From assembly GCF_004010195.1 (NCBI RefSeq), contig NC_057710.1, forward strand, positions 122,357,950-122,421,949: a DNA stretch of 64,000 nt. The letters are read 5' to 3'. The stretch comes from Chiloscyllium plagiosum (Eukaryota). Below the pieces are notes generated by a model. The model was not told the DNA's origin, made no database searches, and worked only from the letters and a program-made list of their open reading frames with translations. A program made the position numbers and the translations under genes. Positions 37,835-50,061 of the stretch are shown piece after piece (within the stretch, counting starts at the first letter, position 1; each line of letters opens with the position of its first letter).

Positions 37835-39166
37835 TGCAAGTACTAAATACTCAGCACAGCTCTCTGGAACTGAGCTATTTAAAAAGGAACGTGGAAGTAC
37901 TGATGCTAAAATATTATGTCAAAATGCTTTGCTTATCTCATTCCAATGAAACTTGACGTTCATCAAGAGCATTAGGGAGTGTCATTTCACATGCAAATAT
38001 GTGATTATAAACTGGCTCCCTGTGGTACTTGCTTTCGCAATGCAAGGTGAGCAGGAAAGGCACAGCATTATAGTTAAAACTAAATGCACTTTTGTCTTCT
38101 CAAAGTTGCAGTATGTGTCCCTTCTTTCACTTATTATGTATTTGCTGACTATAAACATCTTGGCAAAATATATTCCTGTAAATGGCCACATGTATATTAC
38201 CTACCAAACTCTTCTTAAATTTATGCTACATGATAATAACTATAAATATGACAGAAAACGCAATTATGTTATTCCTTTGAGCAATTAATTTCATTGCAGT
38301 TCAATCCACCAAATTAACTTCTGCGAGTCTAATTAAAGGGACATTCAGAAACCAAAACCATTTCTGATCATGCAAAGACTGTCCACTGTAATGTCAACGA
38401 CTTTGTTTTGATTCTGACTGCATCCTTGAATGGTTAAAGAGTCCGTATTCTTTGTAACTTTTTAAATAAGGTTGCAGTCCAAATATTCCAATCCACCTCA
38501 TGTTTTAAAATCCTTAGGGTACAATTTTCATAAAAGGATCCATTGTCTGTAGATTGATTTTGGGTTAAAATGGTAAAGTGGTAGCTATGTTCTGTTATAC
38601 TTTTTTGTCATTTACTCTAAACTGAATTGAAAACCCTTACATAAATTATGCAAGGAAGTACATGATATTTGGACATGATATTTTGACATTATCAATTAAA
38701 AAAAAATACATTTGATTAAGAAAAGCAAACTCAGCCAGAGCTGTGATCTGTATTGAAAAATCCTGGAATTCCTGCTCACACATGCAATTCTATGCTGTGG
38801 TTGAGGTGGCGGGAAATTTTGGCCAGTAATGTAAAAGACATATACATGTAAAACAATTGCACACCTTGACATAGTTGGCTGCAGTCTTTAGTTGCACTTG
38901 CCTGCAGTTGTGCATGATCAAACTTCCAAATATATTCCTTTAGAATGGAAGGTAAAATATACTAATAGGTACTGTAGGCTGTTATGTGGTACATTATGTA
39001 TGCCACCAAGGACCTGAACAACATTGCTGCATTCTTAAACTCCTTTATGCTGAACCTGCATGGACTTGTAATGTGTTTACTCTGTTCCCCAGCAAATAGA
39101 GTATTTTGAACTGTTATAAATTGCATTAACTAGAATCATATTTATTACCTGTCCATTGGAAATTAA

Positions 39167-39509
39167 AATAAAGGCTTGAACTGATGGGAACATTAAATTA
39201 GAACATTAGAGATCCATATTCAAGACATTACTAACATGAACTATAAAGAAAAGCATAGGATTTATAACCACAGTGAGTTCATTTTAGATGAGAAGATTCA
39301 AATTTAGGTTAAGATCTGGAATAAAATGAAACAGTAGGAACTTATGCAATTTTAATCATATTTGTGAATCAGCAATTTCTGGGGATAAAATGATTGATAC
39401 TCAAAAGCATATCAGATTTGATTTGCTGGCTGGGTATAATTGGTTTTTCTAAATTTCACCCCAGGTTTCCCAACCTAAAACCTGCAATGCACATGTCACT
39501 GTTAATAAA
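39167..39509 (+). terminator. Cluster of candidate proximal MAPK10 poly(A) signals
   Basis: AATAAA at 39167, 39320 and 39504 near the end of a TE-poor AT-rich stretch after the stop. Confidence 0.35.
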
Positions 39510-40479
39510 ATTAAGCACATTAAAGATTTACAGGCCTGCCCTGTTGAAGTAGACTTCTCTAAGAAAGGGTAATGCCACGCTATCGTCAGTTGTGATTTTT
39601 TAATTTCTTTTCTGCATTTTCAGGTAAATTTTGCTCCACACCTTAAATGATTTTACAAAGTTTGCTATTGATTTCCTCCCAATTCTACATTACTGCAATT
39701 ATTTAAGTATCTCTAATTAAACTGTCAGGCTGGAAGGTAATTTAACATTCTATTGGTTTACATTTCTCAGTTTCGGTAGATAGTTGGGACTTTGATTGCA
39801 GTAAAGCAGGTTATATGTTCAGTAGGAATAATATGTAAATGGTATCAGAGGAGGAGTAACCTCAGTGATAGAGGATGCAATTGCTTGAAGAAAGGATAAG
39901 AACAGTGTACAGATTGTTAGAATGAAAGGATTTCTAACTACGGTTATTGCAACCATCAATATCGTGTTAGATTGTATACATGCAGAGTTATTTAAAGGGA
40001 GATTTTAACGATATAGAGTTGGAAAAGAAAACTAGCATATGGCAGAAAGCCAGTGAATTAAGTGACTGTGCCAAGCGTAGGTCTTGCAGCAATATGCCAA
40101 GAAAGTAGGCAGACCGCATTAGACCATGTATTGTACCACATTGGTTCAATAGCCAAATAGTGCATAAAATGTGATCATAATCAGTCATGCTCAGAAAGGA
40201 AAAGCAAGAAGCAACTACAAATGTTTCAAGTTAGGTGAAGCTGCCTTCAAAGGGATAAGTCAGAAACTTTTCAGGTCAACTCAACAAATCTGTAAAGTGG
40301 CCAATTGGGTCAAAATAAATTAATGTGACACAGAATTAGTTTATATCCAAAAAGGCCAAGAGCCCTACTTGCCAAAATGGTCGACCATGGAGAACTACAG
40401 AGATAAACAAAAAATAAACAAAAATGCATTCAAAACCTTTCACAAATACTGGGAATGAGAAAAGCCTCATAGAGTAGAA

Positions 40480-41175
40480 ATGAATGAAAAACAGATAGTA
40501 AAAGTGACAAAAATGGAAGGTGACAACAAGATTGCAAGGGATGGCAAAACCAAGTTTTTTTTTGTTATTACTTTACGAAAGAGGGATTGCAGGCAATATA
40601 GACCCTTTAAAAACTGATAACAGTAATATGGCCAATGAAATTAAGGAATGGTGGATGTGCATCACTTATTTTGCATCAATGTTTCCAGCAGAGGATGAAG
40701 TTAGAATGGCAGCTATCCTATGGAAGTAAATCAGGGATGGGGCCTTGACTAAATTAACATCAGCAAAATAAAAGTAATAAAGAAGATAGTGGTACAAAAG
40801 AGTTAGAATCAAGGTTTAAGGGGATTAGGTCAGAACAATGTTGATGGTCTCCATATAATCTTTCAAGGTTGGGATATTGTTGTATCATTCTGCTATTTAT
40901 GAAAGATGAGAGAGAGAGAGAGAAAAAGACAGAAAGAACTTATAGACAAATTAGCTGAATATTTGTTGTCAAATTATCAGGATCTATAATTAGGATAGAT
41001 CAATTCTTAGAAAATTTTGAGCTGATCAGAAAGAGTTAGTACGTATTTGTAAAATGTAGCTGCGGCCCAGTGTACCTGATTAGAATTTTTGAAAAGGTGA
41101 TTAAAGTGTTGGATGGAGGACTGCATGTGGTTATTATTAATAAGTACTTCCTGAAGGTATCTGGTAAGATTTCTC
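40480..41175 (+). mobile_element. Very old CR1 ORF2 fragment
   Basis: YFASMF..ED, NYRQISL, EFFEKV motifs with many stops. Confidence 0.55.
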
Positions 41176-41777
41176 ATAGAGTCATAGAGATGTACAGCAT
41201 GGAAACAGACCTTTCAGTCCAACCCGTCCATGCTGACCAGATTAGCTAAAGTTGGAATTGAAAACAGTGTAATCCCCCCCCCCCCCCCCCGCCCCACATT
41301 GGGACATTGTTTGTTTTAAAGAGGAGTTGTGGCGGAATTGATCCATCCAAATAACCTGAAGATAATATGCAAAGTGAGAACAGCTTTTCCCAAGAAAACA
41401 AAGCTTGTCACTGAATAAAACTTGCATCCCACCAGAAGTTACATCCACCAAGGATTACCTGTTACATCAAGGATTTGGATTGTCAAATATCTGTGTTTAC
41501 TGTAGAAGGGAGATATGAATTGAGAGGATATAAAGTATTCAGGGAGAGGAGTTCTCTTGAGTTATGATCAATATAGTTAGCCTCTCAGGTGCACATCAGA
41601 GCTATTCCAGCAGTTCATACATGAGCAGAAAGGAAATACATTCAATTAATGTTCAGGTGATATTTGACCCCGAAACAATATATGTTTCAGAAGCCCTTAG
41701 CCAGACCACCTTCCACCTTTTTTGACTATTGCCTTATAAGACCATTCAGACTCTGTTTAAAAAAATGCTTTCAATTT

Positions 41778-42075
41778 GGGCGGCACGATGGTACAGTGGT
41801 TAGCACTGCTGCCTCACAGCGCCAGAGACCTGGGTTCAATTCCTGACTCAAGCGACTGTGTGGAGTTTACACATTCTCCCCGTGTCTGCGCTGGTTTCCT
41901 CTGGGTGCTCCAGTTTCCTCCCACAGTCCAAAGATGTGCAGGTCAGGTGAATTAGCCATGCTAAATTGCCCGTAGTGTTAGGTAGGGGGGTAAATGTAGG
42001 GGAATGGGTGGGTTGCGGGTCGGTGTGGACTTGTTGGGCCGAAGGGCCTGTTTCCACACTGTAAGTAATCTAATC
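41778..42075 (+). mobile_element. HE1-type V-SINE
   Basis: Full SINE with aatct tail. Confidence 0.92.
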
Positions 42076-42159
42076 TTGCCAAGGTAAAGCATAAACAAAA
42101 TCTGCTTCACAAACTTTGAGATTTGCAATATTATTGCAAAGCTGCTCCCCACACTATGG

Positions 42160-42645
42160 CATGCTTGGGAGAGGGTGCAAAAGAAGTTTACCAGGATGCT
42201 GCCTGGATTAGAGTGTATTAGCTGCAAGGAGAGGTTGGACAAACTTGGATTATTTTTGCAAGAGCATCGGAGGCTGACCTGATAGAAGTACAGTACATAA
42301 AATTATGAGAGGCCTGATTAGGCTGGAGAGACACAATCTTTTTCCCAGGATGGAAATGTTTAATACCAGGGTGCATAATTTTAAAGTGAGAGAAGGAAAA
42401 TTTATTGGGAGGGAAGTGTTTTACACAGAGAGTGGTTGGTGCCTGGAACACGCTGCCAGGGAAGTAGTAGGAGCAGATATCTTAACAACGTTTAAGAGGG
42501 ATTTAGATAGACACATGAACAGACAGGGAACAGAAGGATACAGAACATGTGCAAAGAGATGGGGATGGATTAGAATGACATCAAGGTTGGCACAGATATA
42601 GTTGGCCAAGGGCCTGATCTTGTGCTGTACTGTCTATGTTCTATT
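42160..42645 (+). mobile_element. CR1 LINE 3' end
   Basis: ERVQKKFTRMLPGL...IMRGL...TFKRDLDRHMN; ctatgtt tail. Confidence 0.85.
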
Positions 42646-45600
42646 ATTCAGGATAACCAGCCACTTTTGCTGGGCTGATAATCTCCACCATAACATTGGA
42701 AAATAAATTTTCTTCCCTGCTCCCTCTCAGCTTAAAATGCTATTGCATGTGTCAAAGTGTGTTCTGGTTTTAACTTTGTACACCCCAGTCCAACACCGGC
42801 ATCTCCAAATCAGAGTTCTGGTCAGGTTGAGATCAATTGTTCGCTTCTGGTTATAATATAAGTTACACCTTCCCCAGTTAGAAAGTAAAGGTAGGCTTAG
42901 ATCCAGGATTTGTCAGCGTGATAGAAGTTTAAACTTCTACTAACATATGACATGATATTCATCAACTTTCCTGAACTTATCCCACAAACGTACATTGATC
43001 AAGATTTTGAGATGCAGTTTGAACTGTAGAGCTAAATACTGGCCACGTTCTTAAATAATTTCAATGGATACATTATTTTAAAATGTGTTGTTTAAAGAAA
43101 ACCTTGTGAATCATGCTAAAAAGTATCAGGTTTTGATTTTTAGCATGGTTCATCACATTTTAAAAGTATTTCATGTTGAAATATCAATTAATTTTAGTTT
43201 TTTTTAAATCCTTTCTGGTGTAGACCTTCTAAGTAAACCTTAGTAGACCTTATTTGCAAATTGAGAGGAGACCCCTTTCAACTGGAACTACAGGCCTAAA
43301 ATTTTAAAGTATAATTAGTAGACAATTGTGATCTATATTCATGCTTGTTTGATACTTGCTGCTTGATGTTGAGTCACATTGGTTGGGCCACTGAAATTTC
43401 TGGATTTACCCACTCGCTCTGCAACTCTGGAATTTGCAGTGACATTTAAACATCAGTATTAGTGAATGTGTCACAGATACTGAAACAACCAAATCCAGCC
43501 TATGACGTCTTTTCGTTGTTGTGGTGTTATCAAGTCACTATATGATCCAACTAAGTGTAGCTATTCCTTCTGCCAGTCCGTATAAAAATTCAGAACAAGA
43601 TAGGCATTCTGAATGGCTTTTCCACCAGGGATGGCCTAAGATAGCAACCAACTCTTATGCAACATACAATTAGGGAATACTTCGACCATAGGATTAGTTG
43701 ATGGCGGAGTTGGACATGCTGGTCATATGGGTGTTCAATGACTATAGTGGGAGAAGGGATGAGGGCGACCCTAACAGCACGGCAGGGGAGGGAGGTGATT
43801 CTGATGAATTGTAACTCTCTCCCTGGTGGTTAACAGAAAAATAAACATAAACAAAAAGCAGAACCTAAATTCGCAGCAACAAACACAGAGAAGGCTGGAG
43901 AAGTGTAAAAAGTCTGGCAGCATCTGAGAGAACAGAGTTAACATTTCAAGTCCAGTATGGTCCACCTTCAGATCTCTTGTTCACTTTCCCATCTTAGAGT
44001 TTTTTTAAAGGGATTAGGGCCAAGCAATCAAACTAATGGACAATCCCCTATGGGCAGGAAGTCAACATGGTAGAGGGTGAGGTGGCACCATGTTCTAATG
44101 ACATGGTGGGGGATACATCAGAATCCAATAACTAGGGCCAGGGCTCTCGACAGCCAATAGTCCTCAGGTTGGAGTCAGGGCAAAAGTGATTAGGTCAAGA
44201 GTATCATGGAGGCCTGTGATTTCTGTCCATGAGCCTGTTGGTCACCTGAGAGAGAAACCATGTCCCAAGCTGTATGCCATAGCCAAAGTACCTTTGGGCT
44301 GGTTTGCAAGCATTTCCTAAATGCTAAGTGTCTACATAAATTTCCTATCTATGGTGGAACAGTTAACACTGAAGCTGGGGATGTCCTTGGCACCAACAAC
44401 ACTGGGGGAGAAAAATAGCTGCACTACAAACAGGAAACAGGGCACAACAAAAATTGTTCCATCCAATTGCCTGGCCTCTGATCAAGGAATCCACCAGGAT
44501 TCTACTTTGGAATTTTTGAAGTAGGTAATTTGAGTGCAGTAAGATCTCACAAAAGAGTGAAATAAATGATCAGATCATCTGTTTGAGTGGTTGGTTGAAA
44601 AATTGTAACTAATATTTCAATCTACAATACATACATGCGATGCATTGTCAATTCCTATACATGGAAGACCAATACCACATCAGCAGAGTATGTCAGTTGC
44701 TGTAACTCAACAACATTCCAAGATCTATATTGTCTTGCTGGGACAGTGAGTATACATCAGAACAGTAAATTAAATCTCACTACCTTGGACTGTGTAATGG
44801 CAAGTAGCTTCCCCTTCAATCCAGTAAAGATAATGTCTGGACAAAAAAGACCAGGAGCCAAGCAACATCTTTGACCTGTTTCCACTGTAGGATAACCTCT
44901 ATATTAGCACTAGTTCATATTCACAAATTTGGCAAGTTCAGCACAGTTCAGTTTGTTTGAAGTATCTGTTGTAGAGTGACCGCTCTAACAGAAATGCATT
45001 TTTGGTTATTTTAGAAGTATTCCTCAGGTTTTCCTTAACAATCTGAATTTGGCTGACAGTATAGATCTGCAAAGCTAATGGACAAAAAGAAGATCAATGG
45101 TTATTTTAGTAGTTGAAAGGATGGTTAATCCTCAGTTCTATCCTAAGGTGAATAATTTGGTTCAAGCAATTTCAGCAATAAAGGAGTTTAAGTTAAAAAA
45201 AATGCCTGCAAAGCACAAAATATAGATGGCTTACTCTAAAGAGCGTTACTGCTAGATTCTGTAGCAGAACATAGCTAACCACAATGCTAAATACACTCTT
45301 AAGTCTGCATGTTCTTGCTAATAGCTTATCTTCTAAAATCAATGACATGACAGGATACAAATGAACAATTCCTTTCTGATGTCCTGCAGAGATGTTTGTC
45401 AATGGTTCATGGCAGGAAGTTGCTCCTAGACTGGGTGGAGCAATTCCATTTCTGACAAGTTAATCTCAGACTTCATGGTTATGATGTTAAAATTGCAGAA
45501 ATAACAAAAACAGAGCATCCCTGCATGTGTTCTCCCTGAGGCTTCTGTCCAACAGACTTGTAACAAAGATGCCTCCTATGAAGCTGATGGCAGAGAGTAT

Positions 45601-46805
45601 ATCTAATATTATACAGAATGCTTCATTTCCTGAAAATGTACGATGCACCATCTGGTTGTGCTCCTCGTTGGAGGGGCTCTTACAAAGTTTCCTGGAGCTG
45701 TCAGTCGATCATCAATCATTTTTATAATGATCATCTTAATCAGAATGTCCTTCTCCTCCCCTCATGGATTTGTATTTTCTCTTTTTTCAGAAAGCTGGGG
45801 GGTGGGGGAAGAGCAGAATATGTGTGTGATTAACTGAGAGGTGAGACTCCTGCATTTTGAGCAGCTGAATCCTATAACAGCAATATTAAACTGCTTTCAG
45901 GCTGGGTCAGAGTGAGTCTCATCTCAAATGGAGAAGTAGTGTTTTGGGGGATTGGAGAGGGATTGGCAATGCTATTTTATCTGGACCAACCATCCCCCGT
46001 TTTGAACTGAGATGTCCATAATCTGATGGGGACAGGGGCAAACTATCAAAAAGAATTGAAATTTAAGTAAAAGTCCCTTGAACACCAGATATTGCCTTTC
46101 CAAGAATGGCATTCAATTAACTGACCGTTGATGGGTAAAAGCAAATCAGTCAGTGGCCCAGTTAATTAAACAAATTAGAAATATTTCAATGACTGCCACA
46201 TCCTTGCTGATGTTGCAGTGTCTCCTACACTGCACTGTGTGTAGAAGCATGGGGAAGAGAAAAGTAATAACTGGATGGGAGTTGTTTGGAAAGCTTGTGT
46301 TTCTTTGCAGTTCTGTACGGGGATTTTCAAAAAGAAACATCTTTCGTTTGGGGAAGAGGATTTTATATTAAAAAAATGTTTAAAAACAATATTTTAATGA
46401 GACTTCTCAATACCATTTGTCAGTCTAACAAAGAATGTGTTCATAACATCCAGGTATTTTTCACTTAATGGCGGTGCAATAAGATTGCTTTCTGAGACCG
46501 CACCATAACGATGAGGTCAGCTGCGATCACTAGTGGAATCTGATGTGATGACTTTGTGTCAAGTTTGATTTTAAACAAACTCTGGTGGTTGCTTTTTTTT
46601 TGTACTGTTTGTGATCAATTTTGTTAGGATGTAAGAATGAGATACGTGTCCAAATTCAACAACAGTGCTTAGAAAGACAGGTCCTCAGGGTCCAGCTCCA
46701 GGATAGGACTCTACTTTTCAAATCAAGAAAAACTGAAAGGGAAACAAAAGCACTCAAGATTTTAAAGCTACTGTGTATGTAGAAAATATATGTATGTGAT
46801 TAAAA

Positions 46806-46811
46806 AATAAA
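46806..46811 (+). terminator. Candidate distal poly(A) signal on +
   Basis: AATAAA with upstream TGTA elements (ctgtgtatgtag, tgtatgtg) and downstream T/GT-rich tract (cttctttgttgtgt). Confidence 0.45.
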
Positions 46812-46865
46812 ATACGCCTTTAAAATGAGATCTTCTGCTTCTTTGTTGTGTACTGACTAGTAGGA

Positions 46866-46947
46866 GGGCTTATGCCCGAAACGTCGATTCTCCTGTTCCC
46901 TGGATGCTGTCTGACCTGCTGCGCTTTTCCAGCAACACATTTCCAGC
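46866..46947 (+). mobile_element. 82-bp PLE family A terminal fragment
   Basis: Perfect 15-bp TSD tactgactagtagga (46851-46865 / 46948-46962). Confidence 0.88.
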
Positions 46948-49375
46948 TACTGACTAGTAGGACCAGCAACCCCCACCCAACCTCGATCTGGGATACTGGA
47001 AAAGTGGTTTGCCAGCAGTAATATTCCAAAATATATCTCCCAACTGGTTGTAAACTGAGGACTGGAAGCTGGAGGGGACCTTAGTGTGACCGGATATTCA
47101 GAGTGTGCACCAGTTCTCTTTGTAAAGCGTGCAAAGTATTGCCATATGACGCTCTGCAATCTAAGCCCAAATCTGGCACAAGCCCGATGTGCTGTTTCAC
47201 TAGCTCCACTGGCTACTAATTATCTATCCATTATCAAGAGGCTGGGTAGCATGAATCAGGGGAGGTGATGGCCTAGTGGTATTGTGACTGGACTAATAAT
47301 CCAACGACCTAGGTAATGTTCAAGGAGCATAACTTCATATCCTGCCATGACAGATGGAAAACATTAGGATTCTGGGTAATCCATGATGGAGGAAGTTAAA
47401 AAAATTGAGGCTATAAGAGCTGTTCCCTTTCTGAGGTATTTTAGATGTTGGAGATGATTTTCTCAAATTCCAGAAACAGCAATTACTGTTTTATAAGCTG
47501 TTGCACGTTGGAACTTTGAGGAAAAACAAGATGAAAACAACGGCACTTTAAAAAGGAGGAAAACAGACAAAGGCAGTGATCACATGGCCAGAGAAAGAAA
47601 CCTACACTGCTGTCTGACACGGCAGTGAATCTGCACAGTTACTGCCCCTGCTGTTTGAGTTCAAGTATCTCTGGACATCGGAGTGCAGCTAGGAAAAATG
47701 AACAAACAGCGAAATTCACAGCTGACTTTGGAGGAACCTGTGTGGGAGAGCTCACAGCACAGGAACAGGTGAGTCCATGGTTTTTGCATTTAACCTTGCT
47801 GTAAGTCTACAATAGTGAGTAGAGTGGGTTCTTTTTTGATTTTATATTTTATTGAGATCTGTCTCTTGATTAAATTGTAAAAATATAAAACGTAGATACT
47901 AAGTTAGCCTGGAACATTTTTTCAAGCAGTAAGATGGTGCTATTTTCTGGGTCTGTAGATTGTGAAGGAGCAAAGATGCCTTTAGTAGAGTGTTGTGCTC
48001 TTCCTGTCAGATGTAGGAGATTAGGGAGAGTTTCCATGTTACTGATGAGTATGTCTGCAGGAAGTGTCTTTGGTTACAAATCCTATCAGACCGCATAGAT
48101 CAGTTGGAGCAGCAGTTACAGGCAATGAGGAATTTACAGGAGCGAGGGGGTGTGATGGATGGCAGTTATAAGAAGGGAGAAAAACTGCAGATACAGTCAG
48201 AGGGATGGGTTAATTCCAGAAAAGGTAGGAGATGGAGGCAAGTAGTGCAGGAATCTGCTGTGGCTATCCCATCTCAAATAAGTATGCTGTTTTGGAAAAT
48301 GCATGGGGTGACGGACTCTCTGGGGAATGTTTCTGGTACCGAGACTAGTTCTAATGTAATGAGGGGTATGTCAGGTTCCAAGCGATCAATTGTGATAAGG
48401 GACTTTCTAGTTAGAGGCACCGACAGACATCTCTGGGACCAGCAGCAAAAAATCAGAATGGTGTGTTGCCTCCCTGGTGCCAGAATCAAAGATATCTTGG
48501 AGAGGGTGCAGAATGTTCTCAAAGAGGAGAGGGGCCAACAGGAGGTCATTGTATACATTGGAACAACAACATAGGGAGGGAAAAGGATGAGATTCTGAAA
48601 GGAGAATATAGAAAGTTAGTCAGGAATTTAAAAAGGAGATCCTCGATGCTAGTAATATCTGGATTACTCCTGGTGCTATGAGCTAGTGAGGGTAGGAATA
48701 GGAGGATAGAACAGGTGAATGTGTAGCTGAGAAGCTAGTGCAGGTGAGAAGGGTTGACATTTCTGGATCATTGGAATGTCTTCTGGGGTAGAAGTGACCT
48801 GTACAAGAAGGATGGATTGCACCTGAATAGGAAGGGAATATACTGGCAGAGAGATTTGCTAGAACTGCTCAGGAGGATTTAAATTAGTAAGATGCGGGTG
48901 TAGGTCCCAGGGAGATGTAGAGGAAAGAGATCAGTCTGAGATTGGTACAGTTGGAAAAAGGATTGAGTCAAATAGGGCAGCCAGGAACAAACAGAGAACA
49001 AGGTAGGACTGATAAATTAAGCCACTTCAATGCAAAAGACTCAATGGCGAAGGCAGATGAACTCAGGACATGGTTAGGAACATGGGACTGTGATGTCTTG
49101 GCAACTACAGAGACATGGCTCAGGGATGAACAGGACTGGCAGCTTAATGTTCCAGGATACAAATGCTACAGGAAGGATAGAAAGGGGCCAAGACAAGGGG
49201 GGACGTGGCATTTTTGATAAGAGTTAACATTACAGCTTTACTGAGGGAGGATATTCCTGGGAATACATCCAAGAAGTTATTTGGGTGGAAGTGAGAAATA
49301 AGAAATGGATGATCACTTTATTGGGATTGTATTATTGACCCCCAATAGTCAGCAGGAAATTGAGAAACAATTTGT

Positions 49376-49690
49376 GGGCGGCACGGTGGCACAGTGGTTA
49401 GCACTGCTGCCTCACAGCGCCAGAGACCCGGGTTCAATTCCCGACTCAGGCGACTGACTGTGTGGAGTTTGCACGTTCTCCCCGTGTCTGCGTGGGTTTC
49501 CTCCGGGTGCTCCGGTTTCCTCCCACAGTCCAAAGATGTGCAGGTTAGGTGAATTGGCCATGCTAAATTGCCCTTAGTGTTAGGTAATAAGGGGTAAATG
49601 TAGGGGAATGGGTGGGTTGCGCTTCGGCGGGTGGGTGTGGACTTGTTGGGCCGAAGGGCCTGTTTCCACACTGTAAGTAATCTAATCTAA
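49376..49690 (+). mobile_element. HE1-type V-SINE nested in CR1 ORF2
   Basis: Near-consensus full-length copy; flanks aatttgt / aattttt. Confidence 0.93.
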
Positions 49691-49881
49691 AATTTTTAAG
49701 GAGATCTCAGCTATCTGTAAGAATAATAAGGTGGCTATGGTAGAGGATTTTAACTCTTGGAACATAGACTGGGACTTCCACAGTGTTAGGGGTTTATATG
49801 GAGAGGAATTTGTCAAGTGCGTCCAAGAAAATTTTCTGATTCAGTATGTGGATGTACCTACTAGAGAAGGTGCAAAACTTG

Positions 49882-50061
49882 GAGAAAGTGAGGACTGCAG
49901 ATGCTGGAGGTCAGAGTCACAAAAGCTGGAAAAGCACAGCAGGTCAGGCAGCATCCGAGGATCAACACATTCCTGATGAAGGGCTGATGCCCGAAACTTC
50001 GACTCTCTTGCTCCCCAGATGCTGCCTGACCGGCTGTGCTTTTCCAGCGCCACACTTTTTA
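49882..50061. mobile_element. PLE family A inverted terminal-repeat insert nested in CR1
   Basis: 15-bp TSD aaggtgcaaaacttg (49867-49881) / aaggtacaaaaattg (50062-50076); internal inverted repeat; CTGATGA-a-gggc-tgat-gccc-GAAA. Confidence 0.85.

Noticed and set aside
46500-46640. Possible C/D box snoRNA (GTGATGA near 46545)
   Set aside because: No suitably placed downstream CTGA box D or terminal stem
48104-48574. 156-aa ORF as a host gene
   Set aside because: Frameshifted CR1 ORF1 (coiled coil and esterase) within a degraded LINE
49376-49450. tRNA-like sequences with A and B boxes
   Set aside because: These are SINE heads continuing into the V core, not tRNA genes
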